Assembly (NCBI GenBank): GCA_963558405.1
Contig: CAUWGC010000019.1
Span: 1-33,570 of the forward strand
Origin: an uncultured Clostridia bacterium
Lineage (GTDB): Bacteria; Bacillota; Clostridia; TANB77; CAG-508
Length of the DNA: 33,570 nt
Direction of reading: 5' to 3'
This document shows, piece after piece, positions 18,501 to 25,910 of this stretch. The notes beneath the pieces are model-generated. The model saw only the letters and a program-made list of their open reading frames with translations, made no database searches and had not been told where the DNA came from. Position numbers and translations under genes: made by a program. The stretch's first letter is position 1; every line of letters begins with the position of its first letter.

Positions 18501-20953
18501 CATTGATATGTATAATCCTCTAAATTTATAAATGGTAAAGCTTCTCCTGCTAGTTTTGCTGTAACTTTGTTACTTTGTTCATTTATATTAAACTCTATAT
18601 ATAACGAATATCTTTTAACTGTAAATTTTAAAATTGAATAATATCTTCCATCACCTATAATAACCGTATAATTATAATCTGTTTCCCAATCTTGTTCTTT
18701 TACAACTTGATTTTTATTTTCTAATTCACTTACTATTTTATCATCTAGATACCATGTATATGTGTATGGTCCTCCAGAATATTGGTTTTCAACTTCAATC
18801 TTATATGTAGGTTTGTTAGAGTCATTTAAATATGTTGTAAATCTTGGAATAAATGAAAATGTTCCATTTTCAAATTTCCACTTAACAAATTGATTATTAT
18901 CCAAATTATTAAAATCTGATAATAATGTAGATATATTTGATATATATATTCCTTTATTTACACCTTGTACATAACCTATTTCTCTGGTTGAATTTGACAA
19001 TCTTCTTGTAGATGTTCCAGATTCTACAGTTGCATTAAATGCAGTACCATTTGCAGAAAAACTATTATAATGACTTGTCATTGTTAATTCTCCTGCATCA
19101 TTTCCATTCCATAAAGTACTATAATTATTTCTATTATTATAACTTGTAGAAGCAATAAGTGCACCAAATATTGGACCTATAAATCCATTTGAATTTATTG
19201 TTCCAATATACAAACATCCTTTAGGCCACACTTGTTGTGAATGTATTGTAGCAATTATTCCTCCTGTATGATATTGTGCATCATATGTATTAGTTCCAAA
19301 CCAACTTCTTCTTACTTCGTTTGTTAAGTTTATATTTGTATTTACAAAACAATTTTCTATAGAATATCTACTGCTTGCACCTGGATCTGATGTACTACCT
19401 TCTGTATTCATAGCATATCCTACTAATCCACCAACAGCATATTGAAATGATTCATTATAGATTGTAACATTTCCATTATCTGTTATACTACTATTCTTTA
19501 CTATATTATTTATTATTTGCGTATTCTTATATATTGTTCCTGCTAATATTCCTACATGAATTCCTTTATTATTACTGTTTGAAGAAGTATTTCCGCTTCC
19601 TCCAATTGAAATAGTTATATTTTCTATTTCTAAGTTCTTAATAATAGATTTTGTATTTCCACCACCAATACTTCCAAAAATTCCATATGATTCTATTGTA
19701 TTTTGTGGCATTGAATTAATATTTAATCTTGCATTATATATAATGTGTCCTGCTCCATCAAATATTCCTCTAAAAGAATTAGCATTATTTCCAATTGGTG
19801 TCCATATTTTTTGATTTAAATTTATATCATTACAAAGTTGAAAATAAGTATCACTATACATATTTCCAGAATTTACTTGCTGTGCCAAATATGCCAGTTC
19901 ATCACCACTTGATATTAAATATGGTTTTTCTATTGTACCATTACCATATTTAAATCCTTGCGCTATTTCCCCTTCCCAAGGAATAGCATTAGAATTCATT
20001 TTTCCACTTGCAAAATAGTTTATAAGTTCTTTTTCTGGAGTTTCTGACAAAACCGCATATACAGAAAATTGATTTGCATTAAATTCTATATCTTCATTGC
20101 TTTTATTTACATTTTTTACTTCTTTTGCCTCTTTTTCATCTATATGCACAACTCTATATGTATCATTATCATTTTTTGAAGTTATCTTTTTTATTGTAAC
20201 CTTTATATTCTCTCCATATTTTTGAGGTTGATATTCTTGTTTTTGATGCATTATTTTGATATCATAAGCAATTTTAAAATTAATATTATTCGCCAAAAAT
20301 TGATTTATTTCTTCTTGAATATCTTCTTCTTTTACCTCTGAAATTTCAATATTAGATTCAAAAGGCATATATCCTTCTAACTGTATAATATTTTCTTTAT
20401 TTTCAATTTTTATTGTTTTATTATATAAAATTTCACCATTTTTTTCTTTTTTATCATATTTAACACTAATATCTAAATTTTTGTTTTTTAAATCTTTTTC
20501 TGTTATATAAAATTTTTTTCCTGGCTTTATTATTTCTTCTTTACTACTATTTACCGAATTTTCTATAGTTGAATTAGCATTTACACTGGATGTTTCTTGC
20601 ATGTTAGTACTATTTGCATTGTTTACATCATTTGTATTATTTACTTTGTTACTTATTGTATTATTACTTATTTCATTACTATTTTTAATATTATCACTTT
20701 TTGAACTAGTTGTTACATAATATTCTATAATTTTAGTTTCATTAATGTATTCAGGTAATTCTATATAGTATCTACCATCTTCACTTGTTGCACTCCACTC
20801 TTCTTCTATTGTATCGATAATTTTATCTTTATCTATAATTTGAGTCTTAATATTTATTATCTTACTAGCTCTTGAATTATTAAATGCTATTATTTCAATT
20901 ATTAATAATAATAATATTATTATTGAAATTATTATCCTTTTTTTATTTTTCAT
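12503..20953 (-). CDS. Giant (2816 aa) secreted beta-helical adhesin-like protein
   Basis: Signal/TM N-terminus; GLUG-type region (GNGTIEKPYLISSGDELAYLA, FRGIFDGAGH, VGGLVG); Ig-like YTYTWY/YTYQWY modules; IYVDYNNGNDYNDG beta-helix cap; about 30 (I/V)(Y/F)GGx repeats; beta-rich C-terminus with no LPXTG, SLH or TM segment. Confidence 0.85.
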   Translation of the reverse strand: MKNKKRIIISIIILLLLIIEIIAFNNSRASKIINIKTQIIDKDKIIDTIEEEWSATSEDGRYYIELPEYINETKIIEYYVTTSSKSDNIKNSNEISNNTISNKVNNTNDVNNANSTNMQETSSVNANSTIENSVNSSKEEIIKPGKKFYITEKDLKNKNLDISVKYDKKEKNGEILYNKTIKIENKENIIQLEGYMPFESNIEISEVKEEDIQEEINQFLANNINFKIAYDIKIMHQKQEYQPQKYGENIKVTIKKITSKNDNDTYRVVHIDEKEAKEVKNVNKSNEDIEFNANQFSVYAVLSETPEKELINYFASGKMNSNAIPWEGEIAQGFKYGNGTIEKPYLISSGDELAYLAQQVNSGNMYSDTYFQLCNDINLNQKIWTPIGNNANSFRGIFDGAGHIIYNARLNINSMPQNTIESYGIFGSIGGGNTKSIIKNLEIENITISIGGSGNTSSNSNNKGIHVGILAGTIYKNTQIINNIVKNSSITDNGNVTIYNESFQYAVGGLVGYAMNTEGSTSDPGASSRYSIENCFVNTNINLTNEVRRSWFGTNTYDAQYHTGGIIATIHSQQVWPKGCLYIGTINSNGFIGPIFGALIASTSYNNRNNYSTLWNGNDAGELTMTSHYNSFSANGTAFNATVESGTSTRRLSNSTREIGYVQGVNKGIYISNISTLLSDFNNLDNNQFVKWKFENGTFSFIPRFTTYLNDSNKPTYKIEVENQYSGGPYTYTWYLDDKIVSELENKNQVVKEQDWETDYNYTVIIGDGRYYSILKFTVKRYSLYIEFNINEQSNKVTAKLAGEALPFINLEDYTYQWYSVDIAGISQETIENATSLTLENLKRGQEYKLIATNNSNYTLNVEGSFIYGDRKVIYVDYNNGNDYNDGYTPQTAVETISTAYSKLNSNYDVSQNIIVIMGTYDNTSFFNSNSSSTYNKKATITGIYGGIDYDSTLYFYGGTNSYRYLTADTTFQYLDFYGGNNQLYFYLQGYSLTMGEGITMTSYANSNQNQGLLGGRAPAFHIICGWLQYNYTKLPRNNSEILIKSGTYARIIGGGSPGTASGQGQTTSHDFMGSSMEDSFKVDITIDIKNSTTDHSRYDYDVNLLTGGSACGNNYSRVTENIKNGMVGRVLGGSIGDSQNIPTEGSWWDPKPWNYPNNTFLGTTTINITGGTIAELYGGCLGRNMGVIDNNGNVNQNETGNICDSYFYGTITVNITSGRITGNIYGAGAGGVTGYSVNSSDKFKNYGQSFETSVNINVYGGEVQGNIYGGGYGYTEYLNSNVTANDGGSLYGDSNILISGSATINGNIYASGCGYNYSNKPNLAQMEGNSNIRIEGNPKINGQVFGAGAGISGFDNMAKLKGISNIVVASDVNSNIYGGGNIAKTEGTTNINITGGNHTGDIYGGGNVGIVEGSTNIIINGGTNNRIFGGGDRANATTSNININGGYTKEIYAGGNSASVNTTNVYIKGGNTSNIYGGSNQTGTVQNSNIESISGSAETIYGGNNIGGTTKQAKITINGGEITSAVYGGGNKVDTENAEIYLIKSSNFIPNIFGGGNMAAVLNPNIYCQGGNAQNVYGGSNTDGIINQSNVQITAGNIENVYGGNNMGGTTITTNINVNGGKILTAIYGGGNKADSQTSNIKLQKSDNTIPAIYGGGYAANVNTSNINLDGATAENIFGGSNTSGTVDNSYVITNNGTAQNVYGGNNQGGSTTNSNVTITSGNITNVYGGGDQATTNYTKVIINGTVSGSVYGGGNRAGVNTDTNLTIENAEVMQNVYGGGNEGVVQGNTYVHVKNSKLGNSLYSGGNGSTAVVYGNTNLTIDGKDTNIVKSVFGGGNKAPTGTEEEKKSISTVNIVSGSIGGNVYGGANTSVVYGVTNTNVGYNTVNNPSLEKGNVYIKGTVFGGGEANESGSEIYDFSFISVTNGINIQIDGEGHEKFDIDGSIFGSGNASSTSGESYIDIKNYGTSDKPKSNISIQRTNCLTVSNSAIALSGATDRTNEYSDEYFTLSRVDKVKLKNNSTFYLNYGANLLKELDSLVDINNVETKGEVTINEETNTVTRNVDNRIYMAEGKNLNIATNEQVTAYGQVHGMIFLGLFTNKMNPSTSTGLYNSNYQNGDTITNVGTFSSNSYARAQHMENHNTSIDGFYTNYNEDGKIKMKYIETTPENDVYYIWMVGEKMDVTVFEFSLSASKYATFGTHELSLVGFSNPNTIFSLNGFSAGLDEEISLVNPDEIDKIAPNEDIANNVFGLNMGTGNRGWQNQGETIFLTEKGGSYSGNSTYKSDNSTVTPTLNFCLYHSANITVEKLLGDVKIRLQALVPVDDLNYEIKYIDINITMTTALHQDDYYEAAITPGEEYGLFTSTTTNITRRSAFSTYYSLYLNDFSNSKYYNDISTDYRVLVSRDSNNTPYVFPENTRIVMLDMVEGKEYYYDITAEDVQNNKFEYRLSDFIYMGSTDEKYNETQALNSYYSEEQNILYENFIFHIKFSETNITENVENKSLLMELRNNKNQTLLGVLGIQRDVMVYSVYTNKNSKIDISGEIKDTAYLGEKIDLDVLTDFKQEIVDSKTIYDTEYFEQKMGIKITIFDNKGNQLALDSLFGINFEIDGQKYYPRIDGTTRIKIADKVSNVLSRIKINTENNSTLATGTYTIKIESFGSPDGIYYGLESSAQTNVKITIINSSFGLNLYTTDNYKVIDSQTGNTLNGNNSFMTHLEYSSGLEKPQITVSLYRRKYTEIYSMEYELVDLSEYVSDLLTKAHNEKEYILTTNPSGESIRFLTLKNNLKTGTYRIVYKLYDEENYIGEDYENFVIK
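15090..17810 (-). repeat. Array of about 30 ~25-aa (I/V)(Y/F)GG(G/S/N)N protein repeats within the giant adhesin
   Basis: Counted by eye in the translation; boundaries approximate. Confidence 0.85.
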
Positions 20954-20981
20954 TTGCTACGCTCCAGATAAATTCTTTTTA

Positions 20982-22532
20982 TTATGTGTGTAATATTTTA
21001 TCATATTCACAAATACTTTCTATTTCTTTTATTGTCAATCCTGCATTATCTATACAATGTCTTGTATAAATTTTAGTTAAGTTATCTAATAATGTGTCTA
21101 TGTTGTCTATTTCTAAATCTTCTTTTTCCACGTTAAAATCCAATAGTTTATATCTATCTTTTATTATCATAAGAATATCTTTGTCCTCTGAAATATGTAT
21201 ATTATTTAAAATTGTAAAAGAAGGAAATTCCATAAATTCTTTAAACTCTTTTATATATTCATCAATATCGTTTTGTTCAATATTAGGAAATTGTTTTATT
21301 ATTGCTTCTACTAGTAAATTATAAAAGTAGCTAGCATATTCTAGAACATTATATATTGTTGTATCATCATTTATTTTTTGTAATACATTTGTATATAAAC
21401 CGTTTTTTAGATACTCTTTATATTCGTTTTTTAATTCAGCAAAGATTGTATTAATTTTTACATCTTTGTTTTCTTTTTTAGTAAATAGACTTTTATTGTT
21501 AAGTTTACTTAGTTGTTTTTGATATTCATTTATTTTTTTTAGATTTTTTTTGTTTTCATTTTTATATTTTTCTACTTCTTTATAATTTTGTTTTACTGTA
21601 TCAAAAATAAATTTATATTTAATATAATTTTTGTATTCATATATACTGTTTATAAATTTAATTACATTTTTATTTGTTTCGTCTATATAATCTTTATTTG
21701 TTATTTTTTCCAAAGATTTTTCATTTAGTACTTTTTGATATATTTTTTCTATTTTATCATCTGTATAGTCTTTTATATTTAACTCTTTATTAATAAATTT
21801 TTGTATTATTATTTTTTTATTATTACTAATTTCTTTTTGTAATTCTCTTTTAGTTTCTTGGCATTTTTCTTTAATTTCTTCTTCGTTTATTTTGTATTTA
21901 TTTAAAATGTTATTTTTTTTATTTTCAAAATATTTTTCTATTCTTTTTTCATTTTTTAAATATATATTTTTAATTATGATTTCTATATGAGTTATTATTT
22001 CAGGACATTTCCAATACAAATCTTCAAACTTTGATTTAATTGTTGAAGAATTAATATCTCCTATTTTCATTTCTTGTAAAAATATATCCATATACTCTTT
22101 TGCATATTTACTGTAGTTAAAATCATTACAAGAAATATTGATTCCCATATTTCTGAATATATTAATACAAATCATTATTTGATTATTAACATTTTCTAAA
22201 TTTTCTTTATAGTATCTACCTAATCTATATATTTCTTTGTCTAAATTTGTTTTTTCATAAGGTGTTTTTGTTTCATTTATAACTTCTAATATTTCTTGAT
22301 AATTTTCTATTTGACGCTTTAATTCTTCGATATTTTTATTTTCCGACATATTAATTTTTGTGTTATATCTAGTATTAATTTCATTTAATATTTTTTGTTT
22401 GTATCCATTATATTCTTCTAAAATTTCTTCTACTTTACTTATATATTTTTCTATATTCTTTTCGTTATTTTGTGGAAAAGTAGTTAAAATTTCTTTATAT
22501 ACTTGTATTTTATCAATAATTACATCACTCAT
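20982..22532 (-). CDS. Hypothetical cytoplasmic alpha-helical/coiled-coil protein (516 aa)
   Basis: K/E/N/I-rich, no signal peptide or TM; ATG overlaps the stop of the upstream 37-aa ORF (TAATG). Confidence 0.8.
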   Translation of the reverse strand: MSDVIIDKIQVYKEILTTFPQNNEKNIEKYISKVEEILEEYNGYKQKILNEINTRYNTKINMSENKNIEELKRQIENYQEILEVINETKTPYEKTNLDKEIYRLGRYYKENLENVNNQIMICINIFRNMGINISCNDFNYSKYAKEYMDIFLQEMKIGDINSSTIKSKFEDLYWKCPEIITHIEIIIKNIYLKNEKRIEKYFENKKNNILNKYKINEEEIKEKCQETKRELQKEISNNKKIIIQKFINKELNIKDYTDDKIEKIYQKVLNEKSLEKITNKDYIDETNKNVIKFINSIYEYKNYIKYKFIFDTVKQNYKEVEKYKNENKKNLKKINEYQKQLSKLNNKSLFTKKENKDVKINTIFAELKNEYKEYLKNGLYTNVLQKINDDTTIYNVLEYASYFYNLLVEAIIKQFPNIEQNDIDEYIKEFKEFMEFPSFTILNNIHISEDKDILMIIKDRYKLLDFNVEKEDLEIDNIDTLLDNLTKIYTRHCIDNAGLTIKEIESICEYDKILHT

Positions 22533-22645
22533 TAGTTTTCATCCTTTTTTACATTATTTATTTCTTTTTCTAAATATTTAATAAATTCCTCAACCTGTAG
22601 GTATTTATCTATTAGTTCTTCATCTGATAGTTTTTCTACTTCCAT
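22532..22645 (-). CDS. Small 37-aa protein MEVEKLSDEELIDKYLQVEEFIKYLEKEINNVKKDEN (absent from ORF track)
   Basis: RBS AGGAGG upstream of ATG 22645; stop overlaps the next start; amphipathic-helix pattern. Confidence 0.75.
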   Translation of the reverse strand: MEVEKLSDEELIDKYLQVEEFIKYLEKEINNVKKDEN

Positions 22646-22678
22646 AAGTTCCTCCTGTTAATTGTATTTTTCTTTCAT

Positions 22679-22708
22679 ATATTATCATATTTTGCTATTT
22701 TCTGTCTA
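22679..22708 (-). promoter_or_regulatory. Possible promoter for the sORF-516aa-adhesin-sipW-sipW operon
   Basis: TAGACA-18 nt-TAATAT with TG extension, just after a terminator. Confidence 0.4.
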
Positions 22709-22715
22709 TAAAAAT

Positions 22716-22749
22716 AAAAAATAATCATAGAAAACTATGATTATTTTTT
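22716..22749 (-). terminator. Intrinsic terminator after the putative major pilin
   Basis: Perfect 15-bp IR AAAAAATAATCATAG-aaaa-CTATGATTATTTTTT. Confidence 0.8.
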
Positions 22750-22755
22750 ATCTTT

Positions 22756-23739
22756 TTATTTTGCAACAGAGAATTGTAAATTAAATGATACATCTGATCC
22801 TGAAGCATTGTTTTCACAGTCTACATCTTGTCCTTCTATCCACATATATATTCTTACTTTTGTTACACCTGCTGTTAATCTAAATAATGTTTGATTTTTA
22901 TCAATTACTTGTTTTGTAGAAATTTTTGGAGTAACTTTTTCAAAATTATCTGGATGATGTGTCTTATTTGCTTCTCCAACCTTTACATCTGTTCCTGATA
23001 TATCAGCTTTTATACCATCATAACTTAATTGTGAACCACCTGTTGTTGTAGTAGTTATACCATATGTATCTTTTGCGTGTTGTACAGCTGAAGCTGTATG
23101 AACATCATAATTTGGTTCCCAAATATATGTTGAACTTGTATCTCCTCCATCAAGCTCTTGTGCATTTTGTGAAGTACTACCAGGACCAACATTACCTTTA
23201 ACTAAAAATGCAACTCTTGCAGCATTTTGTAGTCCTCTATCTGTTGTTTCAGGTTTATATTCAACACTTGAATCTGTTGTTAATACTATATCTGTATCTT
23301 GGTCAACTTTAAGGAACACATCAAACGCAATATATTTTCCAGTTGTTCCAGCTTGTTCTGCTGCTTCTTTTGTAGCTTTTAAGATATATTCACCTTGATG
23401 AGAAGAAACTGAACCCGCAAACATATCTAGATATCCACTTGATACATTTCCTGCAGTAGATATAGTTTCTAAAATATCTGGAACTTGATTTTTGTTTGTA
23501 GCATAAGTTGCTGTAGCTCCTGTTATGTCTGTTTTTTGAAGTATTGCTTTCCAATTTGAAGCATCTGCTGAAATTTGTAAACCATTTTGTGCTTGTACAT
23601 TTACATCTATTGTACTAATTGATACAACCTTATTGGCTGTAAACCATGCATATGTTGATGAAACTAACAACACAGCTAATAATAAAAGTAATAATAATGA
23701 GTATTTTAAATTTCCTTTTCTTTTGATATTCTTATTCAT
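22756..23739 (-). CDS. TasA/CalY-like protein with SipW-type signal peptide; putative major filament subunit (327 aa)
   Basis: LLLLLLLAVLLVSSTYA/WFT cleavage motif; T/S/A/G-rich beta body; WIEGQDVDC motif; own promoter and terminator; start moved to ATG 23739 with RBS GGGAGG. Confidence 0.85.
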   Translation of the reverse strand: MNKNIKRKGNLKYSLLLLLLLAVLLVSSTYAWFTANKVVSISTIDVNVQAQNGLQISADASNWKAILQKTDITGATATYATNKNQVPDILETISTAGNVSSGYLDMFAGSVSSHQGEYILKATKEAAEQAGTTGKYIAFDVFLKVDQDTDIVLTTDSSVEYKPETTDRGLQNAARVAFLVKGNVGPGSTSQNAQELDGGDTSSTYIWEPNYDVHTASAVQHAKDTYGITTTTTGGSQLSYDGIKADISGTDVKVGEANKTHHPDNFEKVTPKISTKQVIDKNQTLFRLTAGVTKVRIYMWIEGQDVDCENNASGSDVSFNLQFSVAK

Positions 23740-23773
23740 TTTATCCTCCCGTTTTTTTATTTTTACAGACATA

Positions 23774-23802
23774 AAAATATCATATTAGATATTTATTGTC
23801 AA
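23774..23802 (-). promoter_or_regulatory. SigmaA-type promoter of the putative major pilin
   Basis: TTGACA-17 nt-TATTTT with TG extension. Confidence 0.6.
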
Positions 23803-23816
23803 TGATTTTTTCACAT

Positions 23817-23854
23817 TTGTAATATAGTTGTAATTTTCGTAATTCCTTCGTAAT
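23817..23854. promoter_or_regulatory. Four heptamer direct repeats T(T/C)GTAAT; candidate OmpR/WalR-family binding boxes
   Basis: Repeats start at 23817, 23828, 23837, 23848 (spacing 11, 9, 11), just upstream of the -35. Confidence 0.55.
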
Positions 23855-23857
23855 ATA

Positions 23858-24589
23858 TTATAAATGTTTCTCTGTTATATGCATAGTCATTTTCATTTCT
23901 CCACCAATTATTGCATCAACGCAATCTGGATCATCACCTTCTATCCAAATTACTATTGTAATTTTATCTGTTTCACCAGGCATAAAGTTAGCTCTTTCTT
24001 CTAATACCACTTCCTCATCCGAGAAAAATGGTTTAGTTCCAGTTTCTGGTTCTCCTGTGTATTCATTTATTTTTGCATATATGCTTTGTTGTTCATTTAT
24101 ATATACCATTACCCTTACAGCTTTATCTACATTTTTTATTACATCATCTATATGTATATTATACCAATAATTTATTTTTTCACTTCCCTGATTTTCTAGG
24201 TAAAAGGTATACGCAATATAATTTTCTCCGTTATGTCCACCTTCTGCTTCTTCGTTTAAATTTTTAGGTAACCAGTTAACTGATATATTATCCATAAATT
24301 CTAATTTATCTGCTTGTAATATTTGTTTTTGTTCTTTTGTTTCAGAATTTTCATACATAACAAGCCCACTTTTTTTATTTTGCTGTGGATCTAATGATAT
24401 TGTAAAATCTCCTAAATCATATACTGTTTTTAATATAAAATATATAATCACAAGAAAAATAATTGTTATTAATATTGCTACTCTTATAACTTTAATTTTT
24501 ATTTCTCTTTTTCTAATTTTATCAGATTTTAATGTTTTCTCATAATTATTAATCGATTTTTTCTCTTTTGTCTGGCTATTTGTTTTCAA
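23858..24589 (-). CDS. Membrane-anchored paralogue of the major pilin (243 aa)
   Basis: Basic N-terminus + TM without a TYA/WF-type site; shares YIAxxxxL, AxRV and WIEGDDPDC with 22756..23739; TTG start with RBS AAGGAAG. Confidence 0.75.
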   Translation of the reverse strand: MKTNSQTKEKKSINNYEKTLKSDKIRKREIKIKVIRVAILITIIFLVIIYFILKTVYDLGDFTISLDPQQNKKSGLVMYENSETKEQKQILQADKLEFMDNISVNWLPKNLNEEAEGGHNGENYIAYTFYLENQGSEKINYWYNIHIDDVIKNVDKAVRVMVYINEQQSIYAKINEYTGEPETGTKPFFSDEEVVLEERANFMPGETDKITIVIWIEGDDPDCVDAIIGGEMKMTMHITEKHL

Positions 24590-24677
24590 TTTTTTACTTC
24601 CTTTCTTTTTTATATTGATTTGATTTAATTCTTATGATATAAAATAGTAAAAGTTTTTCTATTTTAAGGAGATTATT

Positions 24678-25271
24678 ATGAAAAAATTTAAACTTTTTTT
24701 AATTATATTGTCAATACTTTTTATTTGTATTACAGTATTTCTTGTAGTTCAAACTTATTCTAAATATCTTAGTTCAGCAAATGGAGAAACTACTATTTCT
24801 ATTGCAAAGTGGAATATTTTAGTTAATAACTTATCTGTAAAAAATAATACAGATATTTCTTCTACAATTGTTCCTGTTTTTCCTGGAAATGATAACATAT
24901 CTAGCAATGTTATTGCTCCAACAGCTGAAGGATATTTTGATTTATACTTAGATTTTTCAGAAACAGATGTATCTTTTAATTATAACATTTCAAGTACTGT
25001 TTCAGACGAAAGCCCTGTTAAAGATTTTATAATAGTTGGTTACTCAATAGATAATGCACCCAGAATTGATTTTAACAATTCTCAAGAAAAAGTTATAACA
25101 GAAGATATTCTTTTATCTTCTAATATAAAAAATAGGACTATAAGAATTTTTGTTAAATGGATTGATGACGAATCTCAAACTATGTCTAATGAAGAAGATA
25201 CTTTAGCAACAAATTCTCCTTATCCTGCCATGTTTACAACAAAAATATCTTTTAATCAAATTATTGACTAA
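24678..25271 (+). CDS. TasA/CalY-like pilin-type protein with SipW-type signal peptide
   Basis: TM-QTYS/KY, AKWNILVN, IAPTAEG, TDVSFNY, VKW..DT; RBS AAGGAG; clear paralogue of 32262..32885. Confidence 0.8.
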   Translation: MKKFKLFLIILSILFICITVFLVVQTYSKYLSSANGETTISIAKWNILVNNLSVKNNTDISSTIVPVFPGNDNISSNVIAPTAEGYFDLYLDFSETDVSFNYNISSTVSDESPVKDFIIVGYSIDNAPRIDFNNSQEKVITEDILLSSNIKNRTIRIFVKWIDDESQTMSNEEDTLATNSPYPAMFTTKISFNQIID

Positions 25272-25277
25272 TTATAC

Positions 25278-25310
25278 TAAAGTGGATAATATTTTATACT
25301 ATCCACTTTA
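25278..25310. terminator. Bidirectional terminator between convergent pilin genes
   Basis: TAAAGTGGATA-11 nt-TATCCACTTTA. Confidence 0.75.
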
Positions 25311-25910
25311 ATTTTGTTGTGTTGCAATTAATACCATTTTTATTAGTAAACTAGGTTTGTCCGAATTGTTAGTATAATATTCATAAGCTTTATTTCCCCA
25401 GTTTGTATCTAATTCATCATTTCCAGATTCAAACGGCCATTCTACAATAACTTTAACTTTTCCTACCCCGTTTTCTCCAATTAAATTTGAATCATCTAAA
25501 TTTACAATTATTTTAAATGGATATTCTTGTTCTATTTTATTTTCTAAATCTTCTGATGTTGTATTTTCATCTACTTCAAATTTTTCACCTAATATTTCTA
25601 TTGATTCTATTTCATAATCTAATTTTGCAGAAACTTCTCCTTTATTACGAACATTTATCTCTTTTTCATATCTTTCCATTCCTGGATATATTTTATCTAA
25701 ATCTATTAAAATATTTGTTATTGTTTCTCCATCATCTGCCACAAATTCAATGTTCCATGATGTAACATGTGCAGTTATTGATGTAGCCACTCTTGTTGCA
25801 TATACAAACCATGCATATGTATTAAAAACAAGTAATATTGTTAAAAATATAATATGTCTTATCTTTATTTTTTTAATTATATTTAGTATTGTTCTTTTTT
25901 TTTTATATCT
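25308..25910 (-). CDS. TasA/CalY-like pilin-type reading frame with SipW-type signal peptide but no ATG/GTG/TTG ahead of it; probably the C-terminal part of a SipW-pilin fusion
   Basis: Frame open from 25910: RYKKKRTILNIIKKIKIRHIIFLTILLVFNTYA/WFVYATRVATS...; the track GTG at 25790 lies after the cleavage site and has no RBS; motifs SWNIEF, IYPG, VEWPFE..DT. Confidence 0.75.
   Translation of the reverse strand, partial: RYKKKRTILNIIKKIKIRHIIFLTILLVFNTYAWFVYATRVATSITAHVTSWNIEFVADDGETITNILIDLDKIYPGMERYEKEINVRNKGEVSAKLDYEIESIEILGEKFEVDENTTSEDLENKIEQEYPFKIIVNLDDSNLIGENGVGKVKVIVEWPFESGNDELDTNWGNKAYEYYTNNSDKPSLLIKMVLIATQQN

Noticed and set aside
24590-25310. Invertible cassette flipping the + strand pilin
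   Set aside because: No flanking inverted repeats found by eye and no invertase in the window
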